A DNA stretch of 64,000 nt, taken from IMG/VR virus record IMGVR_UViG_3300046777_001606, positions 43,802-107,801 of that record; one strand, 5' to 3'. The position numbers were made by a program, and so were the translations under genes. This stretch comes from a virus. Every line of letters begins with the position of its first letter. The stretch's first letter is position 1. Below the pieces are notes generated by a model. It ran no database searches, was not told where the DNA came from, and saw nothing but the letters and a program-made list of their open reading frames with translations. Positions 19,818-29,020 of the stretch are shown here, in pieces.

Positions 19818-22800
19818 ATGGGATATTTAGGAAAACAGGTAACAAGATTAACTGGTCCACTTTATGACTCAACTAATAAAGTAGGAACTGCAACTTCTGT
19901 TCTTGTTGGATCGTCTAGTGGAAGTGTCGAATGGCAAGCAATATCTCAAGCTTCTTTACAAGGAATTCAGGGTACACAAGGTTTACAAGGAGTTCAAGGT
20001 TTACAAGGCACTCAAGGTACTCAAGGACTTCAAGGTGTACAAGGACTTAATGGTATTCAAGGTGTTCAAGGAACTTTAGGTCCTCAAGGACTTCAAGGTG
20101 TACAAGGACTTAATGGTATTCAAGGTGTTCAAGGACTTCAAGGTGTACAAGGACTTAATGGTATTCAAGGTGTTCAAGGAACTTTAGGTCCTCAAGGTTT
20201 ACAAGGCACTCAGGGTACTCAAGGACTTCAAGGTGTACAAGGACTTAATGGTATTCAAGGTGTACAAGGACTTAATGGTATTCAAGGTGTACAAGGAACT
20301 TTAGGTCCTCAAGGAAGTAGTAATGGTGGAGTTGGAATTGCGACTGCTGGTGGAACAGTAGGTTTTGCTGCAACAATTCTCGATTTCAGAGGATCTGGAA
20401 TTTCTACAGTGACTGTCGCTGGTGGAGTTGCAACTATCAATGTTATATCTGGTGGTGCAGGTGGTGGTAGTGGATCTCAAGGTGCTCAAGGCACTACAGG
20501 ATCGCAAGGAACTCAAGGAACTTTCGGTACTCAAGGAACCACAGGATCTCAAGGTTCTGTTGGATCTCAAGGAACTTTCGGCACTCAAGGAACCACAGGA
20601 TCTCAAGGAACTTTTGGTTCTCAAGGAACTTTCGGTACTCAAGGAACCACAGGATCTCAAGGTTCTGTTGGATCTCAAGGAACTTTTGGTTCTCAAGGAA
20701 CTTTTGGTTCTCAAGGAACTTTCGGTACTCAAGGAACTTTCGGTACTCAAGGAACCACTGGATCTGGTTCTCAAGGTTCTCAAGGAACTACAGGAACTGG
20801 TACTCAAGGTTCTCAAGGAACTACAGGAACTAGTATTCAAGGATCTTCTGGTGATAGTTTCTGGATTGCAACATCAGCAGGAATCCACACACTTTCTGCT
20901 ATTGGTATAGGAACCACAAATCCAACTGACGCAATTACAATTGGTGACCTTGGAGATAATCCAACTGGTAAGAGTGGTAGAATTTTATTCCATGGAGTAG
21001 ATGGTAATAACTCCAATATATCCATTGGTTATAGAAGTAATTATCGATTAGTTGATGATCCTAATTCAAATTCCCCTACTGGAATTAATAACATTGCAAT
21101 AGGTGCTAATGCTGGAAACTTTAATGAAACAAGCGACTTAAATGTTTCTATAGGTAATAGGGCTCACTACAGTTTAACTAGTAAGTATGGTACAGCTGTA
21201 GGTTCACATGCCGGAGAACTTCAGCTTTCTGGATCAAATAATCTACATCTGGGTAGTTTTACTGGTATCTCTCAATATGGAGATTATAGGGTTATTATTG
21301 GAAGTGGTTATGGTGATACATTCCAGTCTGGATATAGAGGATATAAATTTGATGCACCAGATGCAGATCATCCAATTAACAATAATCAAGGAAAGAGCTA
21401 CCAACTTGCTATTGGTATAAGGACTTCTACTGCTCCTTCTAAGTATTGGTTAGTCGGTGATGAGAACTTTAATGTCGGTATAGGAACCACAAATCCAAAC
21501 ACATACAAATTATACGTAGGTGGTGACATCAATTTTACGGGTTCTTTATATCAAAATGGTACTCTTTTCTCCGGCGGCGGTGGTGGTGAGTCTTATTGGG
21601 CATCAACATCAGTAGGAATTAATACACTTTCTAATGTTGGTATAGGGACCACAAATCCAACATCAAAACTTCAAGTTGGTGGTAATGCTTATATTAGTGG
21701 AGTCACAACTTCTGCAGGTGGATTTCGCGTTCCGAATAATATTAATTTTGGACTTGGAAATGCCGGTGAGTTTACTTTCACAAGATATGGAGATCCATAT
21801 TCTAGTTCTGCGAATATAACTGCTGTTGGACTTACATTAAACATTCAGTCTCCTGGTACGAAAATTTTAGATAATGGTGGTAGTACTGTAGCTGATTTTA
21901 ATGTTAGTTCAGGTTCAGCTCGTTTGTATTCCGGAGGTGTAGTCAAACTTCAAACTAATAGTAATGGCGTAACAGTCACAGGAACTACTGTTACTAATCA
22001 ACTTTCTGTTTCTGGTGTTGCTACTGCTACAGGTGGATTTCGCATTCCGAATAGTGGAATTCCACTTAATATAAATGGTGTAGAAATTTTTGAGAATTTT
22101 TCAAACTTCTTTGTTAGACCATCTGGTAATGGTGGAGTTTATTTAAAATCGGGTAATGGTGCCATTGATCTAGCAAAATTTGAATATGGTGGTGCATCAA
22201 TTCTTTATTATAACAACTCTAGTAAATTTGAAACTACTGGTGCTGGTGCTACGGTTACTGGAACACTGTTTACAAATCAACTGAATGTTTCTGGTATTTC
22301 TACTTTTTCTGGTGGTGCTAATGTTGTTGGAACAGTCACAGCAACAGCATTTGTTGGTGATGGATCTGGATTAACTAATTTGACCAGTGGAGCTCAAGGA
22401 TCTGCTGGATCTCAAGGATCTACTGGATCTCAAGGATCTACTGGATCTCAAGGAACTTTTGGTACTCAAGGATCTACTGGATCTCAAGGAACTTTTGGTA
22501 CTCAAGGATCTACTGGAACTGGTACTCAAGGTGCTGCTGGAAGTGCTCAAGGAACTGCAGGTGCTCAAGGTGCTCAAGGAACTTTTGGTACTCAAGGATC
22601 TTCAGGAACTGGTTCTCAAGGTGCTCAAGGAACTTTTGGTACTCAAGGAACTTTTGGTACTCAAGGAACTGCAGGAACTGGTACTCAAGGTGCTGCTGGA
22701 AGTGCTCAAGGATCTACTGGATCTCAAGGAACTGCAGGAACTGGATCTCAAGGATCTTCAGGAACTGGTTCTCAGGGATCAACTGGATCTCAAGGAACTT

Positions 22801-22967
22801 TTGGTGCTCAAGGAACTTTTGGTACTCAAGGATCTACAGGAACTGGTTCTCAAGGTGCTGCTGGAAGTGCTCAAGGAACTGCAGGTGCTCAAGGTGCTGC
22901 TGGCGGTGGCGGCGGCGGAGGAGTAAGTAACTCTCTAGCAATCGCTTATGCTATAGGTTTAAGTTAA
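19818..22967 (+). CDS. Collagen-like (Gly-X-Gln) fibre protein with YadA-head-like repeats
   Basis: Three Gly-X-Y blocks; NIAIG/NVSIG/TAVG repeats; GIGTTNP motifs; C-terminal [10 protein letters not shown]. Confidence 0.8.
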   Translation: MGYLGKQVTRLTGPLYDSTNKVGTATSVLVGSSSGSVEWQAISQASLQGIQGTQGLQGVQGLQGTQGTQGLQGVQGLNGIQGVQGTLGPQGLQGVQGLNGIQGVQGLQGVQGLNGIQGVQGTLGPQGLQGTQGTQGLQGVQGLNGIQGVQGLNGIQGVQGTLGPQGSSNGGVGIATAGGTVGFAATILDFRGSGISTVTVAGGVATINVISGGAGGGSGSQGAQGTTGSQGTQGTFGTQGTTGSQGSVGSQGTFGTQGTTGSQGTFGSQGTFGTQGTTGSQGSVGSQGTFGSQGTFGSQGTFGTQGTFGTQGTTGSGSQGSQGTTGTGTQGSQGTTGTSIQGSSGDSFWIATSAGIHTLSAIGIGTTNPTDAITIGDLGDNPTGKSGRILFHGVDGNNSNISIGYRSNYRLVDDPNSNSPTGINNIAIGANAGNFNETSDLNVSIGNRAHYSLTSKYGTAVGSHAGELQLSGSNNLHLGSFTGISQYGDYRVIIGSGYGDTFQSGYRGYKFDAPDADHPINNNQGKSYQLAIGIRTSTAPSKYWLVGDENFNVGIGTTNPNTYKLYVGGDINFTGSLYQNGTLFSGGGGGESYWASTSVGINTLSNVGIGTTNPTSKLQVGGNAYISGVTTSAGGFRVPNNINFGLGNAGEFTFTRYGDPYSSSANITAVGLTLNIQSPGTKILDNGGSTVADFNVSSGSARLYSGGVVKLQTNSNGVTVTGTTVTNQLSVSGVATATGGFRIPNSGIPLNINGVEIFENFSNFFVRPSGNGGVYLKSGNGAIDLAKFEYGGASILYYNNSSKFETTGAGATVTGTLFTNQLNVSGISTFSGGANVVGTVTATAFVGDGSGLTNLTSGAQGSAGSQGSTGSQGSTGSQGTFGTQGSTGSQGTFGTQGSTGTGTQGAAGSAQGTAGAQGAQGTFGTQGSSGTGSQGAQGTFGTQGTFGTQGTAGTGTQGAAGSAQGSTGSQGTAGTGSQGSSGTGSQGSTGSQGTFGAQGTFGTQGSTGTGSQGAAGSAQGTAGAQGAAGGGGGGGVSNSLAIAYAIGLS
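19959..20315 (+). repeat. Collagen-like repeat block 1 (G-[LVIT]-Q)
   Basis: 9-nt periodic repeats such as caaggacttcaaggtgtacaaggacttaatggtatt, with longer units duplicated. Confidence 0.9.
20472..20843 (+). repeat. Collagen-like repeat block 2 ([12 protein letters not shown])
   Basis: Repeated ctcaaggaacttt(c/t)ggt units. Confidence 0.9.
22389..22904 (+). repeat. Collagen-like repeat block 3 (GSQ/GST/GTQ/GAQ)
   Basis: Repeated ctcaaggatctactgga and ctcaaggaacttttggta units. Confidence 0.9.
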
Positions 22968-22970
22968 ATG

Positions 22971-22978
22971 AATAAATA
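22971..22978 (+). promoter_or_regulatory. Putative late promoter, with SD TAAGGAG downstream
   Basis: AATAAATA upstream of the 23001 start. Confidence 0.65.
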
Positions 22979-23000
22979 TACCATAAGGAGATAAAAAAAT

Positions 23001-26000
23001 ATGGCAAAGAAAGCACTAAGATCTTACACATTTACTCCAGGAATAGCAAATAATACTGTTATTGTAGTTGATGGATATTGGCCAGTAGAATCATTTCTTT
23101 TAATTACCAACACAACAATTGGGGCAATAATTTATAATTTTGCAGATCCTACTTTAGGTATAGTTAGTCACCAATACAATTCTACAACAAATAAAACACA
23201 AATAAATTTAGAAGCAGATACTTCATCGCAAGGATCTAGCCACAAACTTCAGATATTTGTCGATGATTGGCGTGGATCTGATATGCTTCCATCAGAATCA
23301 TATCAAGATCCAGTATCTAAACTAAGAGTATCAACCCCACAGGCAATCATCGATACAGACTTTGAATATTCTGTACAACCATCCAAATGGGAATCATTGT
23401 CATTAGTACGAAATAGACCATCAACTTACGCCACTGGATCTGGTGCTTCAGCATTCGATGTTATTTCTATGTCAGGAAATGGTTCATTTCCAAGATCATT
23501 TGTTTTTGTTACGACAACTACAGCACACAACTTAATTGCTGGAGATGTTGTTGTAGTTCAAGATGCATTGGAATCTAATGCTGATGGAACATATACAGTT
23601 CAATTCATATTCAGTAGCACCCAATTTGCATACCAAGCAAGGGGCTTTGTAAGTAGTGCTAGTGTATTTGATAGTGGTTTTACCACGGTTTATGCAGGTG
23701 GGGCATATAGAGGAGCAAATATTCAACTATTAAATTCAACTACAGCTGTACAGTATAGTGGTACTACTATAACAGTTTTTACTAGCCAACCACATAATTT
23801 AGTACCAGGAACATCTATTATATTGGGAAATATTGCTACGAATGGATCGAATGCACCAAATGGAACATGGGTTGTTGATAATGTTCCAAGTATAGATAGA
23901 TTTAGTTTTCAGGTTTCACAAGGTCCGTCTGGAGTTCTAAGTTCTGGAGTCAACTTCCAATCAGCTATTTTATATGCAATTTCTGATGGATATGTACAAC
24001 ATCGCGCAACTGATGGTGGCGTTTTGATTACACCCGGATCTATTGCTAATGGAGCTCAGCAAATTCGTCAAACAAGAAGATATTTTAGATATCAATCCGG
24101 TAAGGGAATTCAATTCTCAACTGGTGCAAAATTTACTCCAACTTTTGATGTTTCTACAATTAGTGCTTCCGGAACAACAATTACTGTAACGACTTTACAA
24201 GATCACAATTTACAAGTTGGTTCTGTTGTTAAAATTGAAGGTGTTGTATCTTCTGCTGGTGATGTGGATAGTGCTCGTTATAATTTGTCACTAACTTTTG
24301 TTACTGCTGTTACAGGACCTAAAACCTTTACTTACAGTGCGCTTTCAGCTCCAACAGATACCCTTCCGGGCGGAACAAATGTTTTTGCAACAGCTGTACT
24401 CTGGTCTGGTGCTTCTGTTCGTGTTGGGTTATATGATGATCAAAATGGATTTTTCTTTGAATATGATGGTAATCAACTTTATGCTTGTAGAAGACAATCA
24501 ATTAAAGAATTATTTGGAAGAATAGCAGTCAGTCCCCTAAGTTGTTATGTTTCTGGGACCAGTACAAGATTTAGAGAACAATTAGTTGTTGGTGATCATA
24601 TAATTATTAAGGGACAATCATATCAAATCAGTTCAATCATTGATGATACACAGTTAATGATAAGTCCAGCATATAGGGGAGAACTATTTGCATCAAACGT
24701 AAAATATTTAAAAACAGTTACTACTAGAATTCCACAATCTCAGTGGAATCTGGATAAAATGAATGGAACTGGACCATCTGGATATAATATTGATATATCA
24801 AAAATGCAGATGGCATATATTGATTATACTTGGTATGGTGCTGGATTTATTCGTTTTGGATTTCGTGCAATAAGTGGTGATATAATTTATTGTCATAAAA
24901 TATCTAATAACAATATCAACACTGCTGCTTATCAGCGTTCTGGTAATTTGCCGGCAAGATTTGAAGCGATAAACAGCGTTGCAGAACCAACTCGTGTGGT
25001 TGCTGGAGGAGTTGCTACTAGAGGATCTACTTTATTTTCTTCAGATACAACAATGTATGTTGAAAATGTTGATAATTGGCCAACTAGTAATGGATATATT
25101 TTAGTAGGTGATGCTACAAATCTAGAATTAATTGCATATTCGTTTATTGGTGCTTACAATTCAACCGTTCGTGGATATCCATTAAATGGTTTAACTAGAA
25201 GATTCGGATTTAATATTGCGGGTACTACAACTTTTGGTGGTTGGTCAACGGCTGCATACTTTATTCGCGCAACTCAAACAACAGTCAATTTTTCTCCAGA
25301 CACTACACTTGGAGGTAGTGGAACTTCTCAAGTTCATGCCAGACTTTTTTACTGCAATTGTGCGCCAGTGGTCAGTCATTGGGGAGTTTCCGTAATTATG
25401 GATGGTCGTTATGATGATGACAAAGCTTTGATCTTCACTGCTGGTATGAATAGATATCTTTCAGTTTCTGCCGGTACTCAAAGACCTCTTATTGCGATTC
25501 GTATTGCACCTTCAGTCGATTCTGGAATTGGAAGAAATTGGTCTATTCGTGAACTTGTTAATCGAATGCAATTAACATTAGAATCTGTTGAAGTTTTTTC
25601 TCAGGGGCAGTTTCTTATTGAAGGTATTCTAAATCCATTTTTTACATCTGGAGGTTTTGCAAACTTTCCGTCAAGTTGGACAGCAACTCCTGTTGGATCT
25701 GGATCTTTGGCTCAAGTTTATTATTTTGATTTAACTGGTAGTTATTCATCTTCAGCTGCTACTGGAACTGGTTCAATTTTTGGTGGGGATAGAATTTTTG
25801 GATTTTTCTCAGAAAACTCTGGTGGCACCAACTTTAGTACATCAAGAATTGACTTGAAAAATGTAAGAGATCTTGGAAATTCTATTATAAGTGGACCTGG
25901 TGGAGTTGGTGGTATTAATATTGGATTTCCAGCTGGACCAGATGTGCTTGTAATTACTGCTAGATTACTTGAACCTAGTGGAACTAAAAATATTGCAGCA

Positions 26001-26030
26001 AGAATTTCTTGGACTGAAGCGCAAGCATAA
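23001..26030 (+). CDS. Large virion structural/fibre-tip protein with repeated T..HNL..G beta modules
   Basis: N-terminal YTF...LLITN...IIYNF; three TxxHNLxxG repeats; core paralogous to ORF 31209. Confidence 0.7.
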   Translation: MAKKALRSYTFTPGIANNTVIVVDGYWPVESFLLITNTTIGAIIYNFADPTLGIVSHQYNSTTNKTQINLEADTSSQGSSHKLQIFVDDWRGSDMLPSESYQDPVSKLRVSTPQAIIDTDFEYSVQPSKWESLSLVRNRPSTYATGSGASAFDVISMSGNGSFPRSFVFVTTTTAHNLIAGDVVVVQDALESNADGTYTVQFIFSSTQFAYQARGFVSSASVFDSGFTTVYAGGAYRGANIQLLNSTTAVQYSGTTITVFTSQPHNLVPGTSIILGNIATNGSNAPNGTWVVDNVPSIDRFSFQVSQGPSGVLSSGVNFQSAILYAISDGYVQHRATDGGVLITPGSIANGAQQIRQTRRYFRYQSGKGIQFSTGAKFTPTFDVSTISASGTTITVTTLQDHNLQVGSVVKIEGVVSSAGDVDSARYNLSLTFVTAVTGPKTFTYSALSAPTDTLPGGTNVFATAVLWSGASVRVGLYDDQNGFFFEYDGNQLYACRRQSIKELFGRIAVSPLSCYVSGTSTRFREQLVVGDHIIIKGQSYQISSIIDDTQLMISPAYRGELFASNVKYLKTVTTRIPQSQWNLDKMNGTGPSGYNIDISKMQMAYIDYTWYGAGFIRFGFRAISGDIIYCHKISNNNINTAAYQRSGNLPARFEAINSVAEPTRVVAGGVATRGSTLFSSDTTMYVENVDNWPTSNGYILVGDATNLELIAYSFIGAYNSTVRGYPLNGLTRRFGFNIAGTTTFGGWSTAAYFIRATQTTVNFSPDTTLGGSGTSQVHARLFYCNCAPVVSHWGVSVIMDGRYDDDKALIFTAGMNRYLSVSAGTQRPLIAIRIAPSVDSGIGRNWSIRELVNRMQLTLESVEVFSQGQFLIEGILNPFFTSGGFANFPSSWTATPVGSGSLAQVYYFDLTGSYSSSAATGTGSIFGGDRIFGFFSENSGGTNFSTSRIDLKNVRDLGNSIISGPGGVGGINIGFPAGPDVLVITARLLEPSGTKNIAARISWTEAQA

Positions 26031-26062
26031 GATTTTATTTAAAAAATTAATTTTGAAATGTT

Positions 26063-27031
26063 ATGAATAATTTTGTAAAAAAATGTTTGGATCATGGTGG
26101 TCAAATTAAACCATTAATAATTCCATCAGAATTAACAAATGGTACGGGATTATTTAATCCATCAGTTTTTGTTGATGGTGAAAAAATATTAGTTAATGTA
26201 CGTCACTGTCAATATACACTTTACCATGCGGAATTAAAAAAATATGAGCACCAATGGGGACCTTTAGTTTATTTGAATCCAGAAAATGATATTAGTTTAA
26301 CAACAACAAATTATGTTTGTGAGATTGATGAATACTTAAATATTACATCATATAAAAAAGTTAATACTTCAGTATTGGATAAAAAGCCACTTTGGGAATT
26401 TGTTGGATTGGAAGATGCAAGATTGATCAAATGGGACAATAAATTTTATCTTACTGGAGTAAGACGAGATCTTGATACCATAGGAACTGGAAGAATGGAA
26501 TTGAGTGAAATTGAAATCTTGAAAAATGATGTCAATGAAGTTTCAAGATTTCGTATTCCGGCACCGAAAAAAAATGATTCGTACTGTGAAAAAAATTGGA
26601 TGCCAATTATAGATCAACCATATCATTATGTAAAATGGACAAATGGAACTGAAGTTGTAAAAGTTGATCCAAATAGCAAAACATGCGAAACTGTTGTTCT
26701 AAAGAATTTTATTCCTCACAATAAAGACCTCAGAGGAGGTTCTCAAGTTATTCCATACAAAGATGGATATTTAGCTTTGAATCATGAAACAGATTTATAT
26801 AAATCTGAGGCAGGTCGAAAAGATGCTACCTATAGGCATAGATTTACATATTGGAACAAAAATTGGGATATTCAAAAATTTTCAGATGTATTTTCATTTT
26901 TAAATGCAAAAATTGAATTTGCTTGTGGGTTATCAAAATATAAAAATGATTATATAATAACTTTTGGATTTCAGGATAATGCTGCATATATTCTTAGAGT
27001 TCCAGGATCATTTATGGAAAGTTTTGTATGA
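26063..27031 (+). CDS. Five-bladed beta-propeller glycoside hydrolase/transferase (GH130/Bmt-like)
   Basis: FNPS, GLEDARL, EKNWMP, LRGGSQ, IEFACGL and ITFGFQD motifs. Confidence 0.7.
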   Translation: MNNFVKKCLDHGGQIKPLIIPSELTNGTGLFNPSVFVDGEKILVNVRHCQYTLYHAELKKYEHQWGPLVYLNPENDISLTTTNYVCEIDEYLNITSYKKVNTSVLDKKPLWEFVGLEDARLIKWDNKFYLTGVRRDLDTIGTGRMELSEIEILKNDVNEVSRFRIPAPKKNDSYCEKNWMPIIDQPYHYVKWTNGTEVVKVDPNSKTCETVVLKNFIPHNKDLRGGSQVIPYKDGYLALNHETDLYKSEAGRKDATYRHRFTYWNKNWDIQKFSDVFSFLNAKIEFACGLSKYKNDYIITFGFQDNAAYILRVPGSFMESFV

Positions 27032-28998
27032 ATAAATTAAAATCTTTACCGTCAGTTTATTATGTCACTTTAGAAGACAGTAAAGAAAGACAAGATATTT
27101 TAAAAGAACAATTTTTTCATTATGGAATAACTCCCAATGCAATTACTTCAAAAAGATATAACGAATCAAATGATATTATTACTGGAAAATATGTTTACCA
27201 ATTAACAGATCAAACAAAAGGAAATGCAACATCACACTTAAAAGCTTTATTACATTGGTATGAAAATACTGATGAAGAATATGGATTTTTTTGTGAGGAT
27301 GATTTGAGTTTGGAGACAGTAAAATATTGGAACTTTACTTGGGAAGAATTCATTTTGAGTTTGCCAAGTGATTGGCAAGCAGTTCAACTCACAGTTATTA
27401 GAGATAAATTTGATTGTGTTAGATTTAGAGAAAGATTATGGGATGATTGGGCAGTAACTGCATACATTTTAAAAAGAGATTATGTTCGTTCAGTTATCAA
27501 TAATTATTGTAGAGAAAATTCTTATCATTTAGAATTAAAAAATTGTGATGTTATGCCAATATGCGAGAATTTGCTTTTAAGTAATATATCAAAAGTTTAT
27601 AGTATACCCCTCTTTATAGAAAATACAAATATAAGTTCCACAAATTTGCAAGATATAGAATTGAAAAATGGACAAAAACCTAATCATTATTATTCTGCGG
27701 ATTATGTTTTAAATTGGTGGGAAAAAAATGGAAAAATTTACAGTTTAAATATGATTATGGACAATAAGTATCCAGAACTTATCGATTATTGTTTAGATAG
27801 TGAAGATGCAGAAAAAAACTTTAATCTTGCATTGTGGTATGAAAATCAAGGACAAACAGCTTCTGCCATATCTTTTTTTATAAGATCTGCAGAAAGAACC
27901 GACGATATATTAATGTCATATGAGTGTTTAATAAGAGCATCACTTTGTTTTGATAGACAAGGAAATAGAAATAGTACTGTTCGAGGTTTACTTCAACATG
28001 CAATTTCTATTTGTCCGGAAAGACCAGAAGCATATTACTTATTGAGTAGATTTGATGAAAGACATCAAATGTATGCTGATTGCTATACGATGTGTAATAT
28101 CGCTCTTTCAACATGCAATTTCAATTGCAGTCCTTTGCTAACAGATGTTGAATATCCAGGAAAATACGGTTTAATCTTTGAAAAGGCTGTGTCCTCGTAT
28201 TGGTGGGGTAAAGGTGAAGAAAGTAGGCAACTATTTCAGATACTAAAAAATGAGTATAAAGAAGAACTTGATGATATTCATTATAATTCTGTACAAACAA
28301 ATTTAATGAATCTTGGATGTTGGATTTCAAAAAGTATTAAATATGAAAGATCAAGGTATGACCAATTTAAATTTAAATTTAATGGTCTAGAAAAAATTGA
28401 AAAGAGTAATGGACAAGCTCTTCAAGATATGTTCATTTTAAGTATTTTAAATGGAAAAGAAAATGGATTGTATCTTGAGATAGGAGCTCAAGAACCCTTT
28501 TTCCAAAATAATACTGCAATTTTAGAAACAGATTTTGGTTGGAAAGGAATTTCTATTGAAATTAAAGAAGATCTTTGTAACATGTTTTCTCAACAAAGAA
28601 AAAACAAAATTTTGTGTGCAGATGCAACAACTGTAGATTATTCAAAGTTACTAAAAGAATTTAATAGTGGTACAGTATTTGATTTTCTACAACTAGATTG
28701 CGAACCATCAAAAACAACATTTGAAGTCCTTTTAAATATTCCATTTGATGAATACAAATTTGCAATTATTGCCTATGAACATGATCATTATGTGGACATG
28801 ACAGGAACTTATAGAAATAAATCTAGAAATTATTTGAAGGCAATGGGGTATGAATTAGTTGTTGCAAATGTATCTCAAAACGAAAATACACCTTTTGAAG
28901 ATTGGTGGGTTCATCCAGACTTGATAGATAAAGAAACTATTGAAAAATTTAAGTCAATTCAAGAAGTGACTGATGTAAGAAAATATTTCTATTCATAA
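27028..28998 (+). CDS. Fusion protein: GT25 glycosyltransferase + TPR + FkbM-type SAM methyltransferase
   Basis: GT25: YYVTLE..ER, SHLKAL, CEDD, LPSDW, AYIL. TPR: AISICPERPEAYYLL. FkbM: YLEIGA, NNT..LE..GWKGISIE, DFLQLDCE, EHD, EDWWVHP. ATGA-coupled to upstream gene. Confidence 0.8.
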   Translation: MNKLKSLPSVYYVTLEDSKERQDILKEQFFHYGITPNAITSKRYNESNDIITGKYVYQLTDQTKGNATSHLKALLHWYENTDEEYGFFCEDDLSLETVKYWNFTWEEFILSLPSDWQAVQLTVIRDKFDCVRFRERLWDDWAVTAYILKRDYVRSVINNYCRENSYHLELKNCDVMPICENLLLSNISKVYSIPLFIENTNISSTNLQDIELKNGQKPNHYYSADYVLNWWEKNGKIYSLNMIMDNKYPELIDYCLDSEDAEKNFNLALWYENQGQTASAISFFIRSAERTDDILMSYECLIRASLCFDRQGNRNSTVRGLLQHAISICPERPEAYYLLSRFDERHQMYADCYTMCNIALSTCNFNCSPLLTDVEYPGKYGLIFEKAVSSYWWGKGEESRQLFQILKNEYKEELDDIHYNSVQTNLMNLGCWISKSIKYERSRYDQFKFKFNGLEKIEKSNGQALQDMFILSILNGKENGLYLEIGAQEPFFQNNTAILETDFGWKGISIEIKEDLCNMFSQQRKNKILCADATTVDYSKLLKEFNSGTVFDFLQLDCEPSKTTFEVLLNIPFDEYKFAIIAYEHDHYVDMTGTYRNKSRNYLKAMGYELVVANVSQNENTPFEDWWVHPDLIDKETIEKFKSIQEVTDVRKYFYS

Positions 28999-29001
28999 AT
29001 A
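28994..29001 (+). promoter_or_regulatory. Putative late promoter
   Basis: CATAAATA overlapping the stop of ORF 27028. Confidence 0.6.
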
Positions 29002-29020
29002 TAAAAAAGTGCGCTTTATA

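Noticed and set aside
19959-22904. Possible CRISPR-like array
   Set aside because: The repeats are 9-nt periodic, in frame and coding, with no unique spacers and no cas genes.
20301-22926. Alternative-frame LKELLVLK and SSLR repeat ORFs (20422, 22387, 20301, 22371)
   Set aside because: They are shifted or antisense readings of the GGx-xCT-CAA collagen repeats and are essentially confined to those repeats.
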